Of a stretch of DNA of 64,000 nt, positions 60,126 through 64,000 are shown one piece after another. Each line of letters begins with the position of its first letter. The first letter of the stretch is position 1. Source of the stretch: Camelus ferus (lineage: Eukaryota); the NCBI RefSeq assembly GCF_009834535.1, contig NC_045697.1, positions 8,310,001 to 8,374,000 of the forward strand, written 5' to 3'. Made by a program: the position numbers and the translations under genes. The notes under the pieces were generated by a model. That model saw only the letters and a list, made by a program, of their open reading frames with translations. It was not told the origin of the DNA and searched no databases.

Positions 60126-60691
60126 TTGTTTTTTTTTATTGAAGTATAGTCAGTTTACAATGTATTAATTTCTGGTGTACAGCATAATGTTTCAGCCATA
60201 CATATATTTGTTTTCATATTCTTTTTCATTATAGGTTACTACAGGATATTAAATATAGTTCCCTGTGCTATACAGAAGAAACTTGTTATCTATTTTATAT
60301 TTACCAGTTAATATTTGCAAATCTCAAACTCCCAATTTATCCCTTCCCACCCTCCTTCCCCTTTGTAACCATAGTTTGTTTGCTATGTTTGTGAGTCTGT
60401 TTTTTAGATTAGTGTCTTCTTTTTTCTTGTTTTAGATTTTATATATGAGTGACATCATATGGTACTTTTCTTTCTCTTTCTGGCTTACTTCACTTAGAAT
60501 GACAATCTCTAGGTCCATCCATGTTGCTGCAAATAGCATTATTTTATTGGCTGAGTAGTATTCCATTGTATAAATATATCACATCTTAATCCAGTCATCT
60601 GTTCATGGACATTTAGGTTGTTTCTATGTCTTGGCTATTATAAATAGTGCTGCTTTGAACATTGGGGTGCATGTGTCTTTTCAAATTAGAA
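60126..60691 (-). mobile_element. 5'-truncated LINE-1 inserted in an L2
   Basis: 'ctttctctttctggcttacttcacttagaatgacaatctctaggtccatccatgttgctgcaaat'; TSD tgtttctttaataggtt (60109-60125) / tatttatttaatagatt (60692-60708). Confidence 0.95.
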
Positions 60692-60965
60692 TATTTATTT
60701 AATAGATTGAGCTACATATCCCATCAGTCTCCAAATTTACTATTCCCTTTCTAAGAATATTCTTCTCTTCAGAATCCCAAAAGTTAGCTCCTTTTTATTT
60801 TCCATAATTTACCTCTAAAGCCACCTCCTCCTGATGGAGATCTTCACTGACTACCTTGTGTTAACAGTGGCACTTGCTATATGTGGTGGACCTGAAATGA
60901 GGTAGGCATTCAACACATATTAGCTAAAATGAACCATTCCTATTAATTACATCACTCTGGACACT

Positions 60966-61394
60966 TGTATTAGTTTGCAAGGGCTGCTATAACAAAGTAC
61001 CACAGATTTGGTGAGATTTGGTGGCTTAAAGAACAGAAATGTATTATCTCACAATTCTGGAGGCTAGAAGTCCAAAATCAAGGTGTCAGCAGGGTTGGTT
61101 CCTTCCGAGGGCTGTGATGGAGAATTTTTCCCAGGCCTCTCTCCTTGCTTTGTAGATGGTGTCTTCTCTCTATTTCCCCTAATACCACCTTCCCTCTATT
61201 GTGTGTTTCCGTAGCTGAATTTCCCCTTTTTATAAGGACACCAGCCATATTAGATTATGGCCCACCACCCTAAAGACCTTATTGTAACTTTTATCTCTGT
61301 AAAGGCTCTATCTCCAAATAAGGGCACATCCTGAGGCCCTGGGGGTTACACTTGAACATACGAATTTTAGGAGGACACAATTCAACCCATAAAA
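60966..61394 (-). mobile_element. MaLR solo LTR, MLT1B-like
   Basis: 'tgtattagttt...ggaggctagaagtccaaaatcaaggtgtcagcagggttggttcctt' and end 'gacacaattcaacccata'; 5-bp TSD acact (60961-60965 / 61395-61399). Confidence 0.9.
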
Positions 61395-64000
61395 ACACTA
61401 CTATTCAAATTGCTGCCAAAGGGTGTTGCTTCAAAAGGAAATAGTTCTGGGAGGAACACCAATGCAGGTTGTGGTTTGATGACTCTAAGCAAAAAGCAGA
61501 CAATTGTATTAGAGAGCTGGCCTGTTGGAGGACACAGTGCATTCATATGCACCTAACTGACTTACAAAGTTCTCCGTGAGGTACGTCACTGTCTCAATGA
61601 AGCAGCCATCCTCCCAGTCAGTTAGATGAGCCAAATCAAATCGGTACTCGGTAAGGAAACATAACTCTCCCCCAGGCTCTCCCCTCATCCATTGTGTAAA
61701 GTCAAGAACAAATTTAAGTCTGCGAACACAGACTATTCAAATACTAAACTAATCAAAAAGGATGGGGTCAAAGGTAACAAAGTTAACCAAAAGAAAAGTC
61801 AAACTCAGTTGTTTCTCTATTTTATTATTTACTCAGCTTTCTCTGGTTTATCTGCTTTTTGATAAATGAAGGTCATTGTCCATATACAACCAGCCTGAGT
61901 TTGCTGCACCACCTACAAGAATTTGCTTTTTGAGGGGCCAGGGTATAGAACATCATTAAATAAGGAGAGATGAGAATTTCAATTTTTGATAAGCAACAAA
62001 ATCTCTGAAGTTTAAATGATTATTTGCTCATGAGGAGATAAGAATAAATGTTAATGTGTAATATTCGACATATCGCAAGAGAATTTGCAGTTCAACGCTA
62101 CACTGAACAAGCAGAACAAGGGCTGTTTGAAAGTTGAAGGAACTGGGAGGGAGATCATGAGACTTGGCCAAGAAGATCCACTGAGCACTTTAGGCAGCGA
62201 CATACAAGCTGAGTTGGGGACTCTGCCTTCCAGACTCCAAGGGCCAGCACATTTTCCTGTAGATTCTACTTCCCACAGCTACATGGGGAGACTTGGAGGA
62301 AAGGGTAGGTCCACTTTGTCTCAGCATCAGTCTTGGTCACATCAAATATTTATGCGTAAAGTCTCCTCTCAGGTCATCTAGTGGGTGGGGTGGATAAACA
62401 TCATCTGATGCTCAAGGACATATTACTGCTACTCTACAAATCTGGACATGGAACTTGACTTCCTTTGCCACTTTCTAAGCTCACTATGTGTGTGTGTGTA
62501 TGTGCATGTGCTTTAAATATCAATCAACTACCAGAAAATATGACTATGAGTAAACTAGGTCAGGCAGAAACCAAGGACAAGGAGAAGTAATGAATCCACT
62601 GATGATGGCAGTACCGACCTCCCAGATGAAAACGCTAGTCTCGGTTTTTAACTTAGACCTCTTTGGCCCAAGAAGATACGGAACATGTGAAAAATCCATA
62701 TGGAAGATGTAGAAGCATTTTTCAGAAAATTAGGATCTGGGCTCAAGAGAGATGAAAATTTCTTCAGAGGCGCTTGCCAAAGTACCTCATCGAGGACACG
62801 TGGAAACAGACCAAAGCAGCTTGTCAGGCCGCCAGGGAACACACTTTTTAAAAATAAGTTTGTCATTTATCTTGGTAACTACAATCCAAGACTGTAGAAC
62901 ATTAGGAATGTTAGAAACCTAAAACGTTGGAGAGGCAGAGAGAATACATTTCTTTTTTTTTTTTTTTTTTTAAGTTATAAAACTTGGAGTTGAGCATCTT
63001 AATGTTCAACTTGCTGCGACATCAGGGGAGGTCAGCATAGGAAACGCGGAGCCCATTCCCAGCTTGTTCTAGGCTAAAGCACAGCTGTCGTGGCAACAGC
63101 CTCAGTCGCTTATTTCTTTTCTTCTTCTTTGGCTACACTTTTCTAGCATATATGTCGAGTAACAGCTGCATCGCATAGGAATTTATAATAGGAAAGAGGT
63201 ATCACAAATCATCATACCCAACATTTGATCAAGGGAGTCAGTTCACTTTTCTGAATCTCAGTGCCCTCAGTTAAGCAATCTAATTAGTGGCAAACCACGA
63301 TGACTAGAATACAGGTCGCTAGATCTAATAGAGGGAAGACATTTCAGATGGTAACCTCAAGTGGAAGAATACGCCACCATCAGCAGTGCCAGTCATTAAC
63401 ACCGGACCCAAATCTTCACAGCCGCCGCGTCTGCCCCAGCCTGTGGAAGGGCTCTGTGATGACAGCCACCCGGGCCCTTGTGCCACCACTGCCCCAGAAT
63501 TCCATGTCCTCTTCTCTCTGCTTTGGAAACCAGGCCCCTGTCATCACTGGCTGTGAGACTCATGCAGACTCCCTTACCTCAGATCAGACTCACCCAACAA
63601 ATACTCATGCTGAAATAAATACATATGTATGTATACATACATACATATGTATATTTTGGCTAAATATTGTCTTATTGATCAAGCCTTCAAATATGAAGAA
63701 TCGATTCTGATACAGGATTTAGGGCATATAAGCCTCTAACTGCTGTAAGACCAGTTTCTACAAGGTTGAAAATAATTAAACAAGCAATTACGAAAAGACT
63801 GACAAGTACCAGCACTCTCGGTGCAGGAAATACTGAAAGGACAGGGGTGATTCTTTGGAGGAACCATCCCTATGTCCTAGATAGATAAAAACATTCTGTT
63901 AAAGGGGAAAAAAAAACTTAAAACCATAGGGTGAGATTCATAGTAAAACTGGGTGTGAGGTGCACTGAAAGAGAAAATACTTAACTCTGTCTTGGGTCTG

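Noticed and set aside
1578..63710. ORF track of 60-136 aa ORFs as protein-coding genes
   Set aside because: None resembles a host protein I recognise; lengths fit chance, and many lie inside L1, LTR or MIR sequence or use non-ATG starts
63300..63710. Longest ORF (136 aa) and overlapping minus-strand splice signals at ~63573-63625
   Set aside because: No recognisable domain and it ends in a low-complexity (TA/CA) tract; the implied 16-32 nt exons lack further support

Overview
Mammalian genomic DNA, almost certainly camelid (alpaca, llama or camel). Two copies of the tRNA-Ala-derived vic-1-type SINE and cetartiodactyl-style L1 3' ends are present, and I saw no ruminant, pig or primate SINEs. 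The window is intronic or intergenic and dense in repeats: MIR, L2, L3/CR1, HAL1, old L1M, MaLR/ERVL solo LTRs, hAT and Tigger MITEs, and eleven lineage-age L1 3' fragments, many with readable target-site duplications (TSDs). No ORF in the supplied track looks like a host protein; the recognisable ones are L1 remnants. The best non-repeat signal is a 63-nt minus-strand exon candidate at 4829-4891 with branch point, pyrimidine tract and both splice sites. It agrees with an L1 orientation bias that suggests a minus-strand host transcript over the first ~42 kb, but I cannot name the host gene. I found no evidence for a new biological system; the findings are candidate exons, candidate regulatory elements and repeat-evolution oddities. 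Repeat family names come from remembered consensus sequences, not a search, and boundaries without TSDs are approximate.
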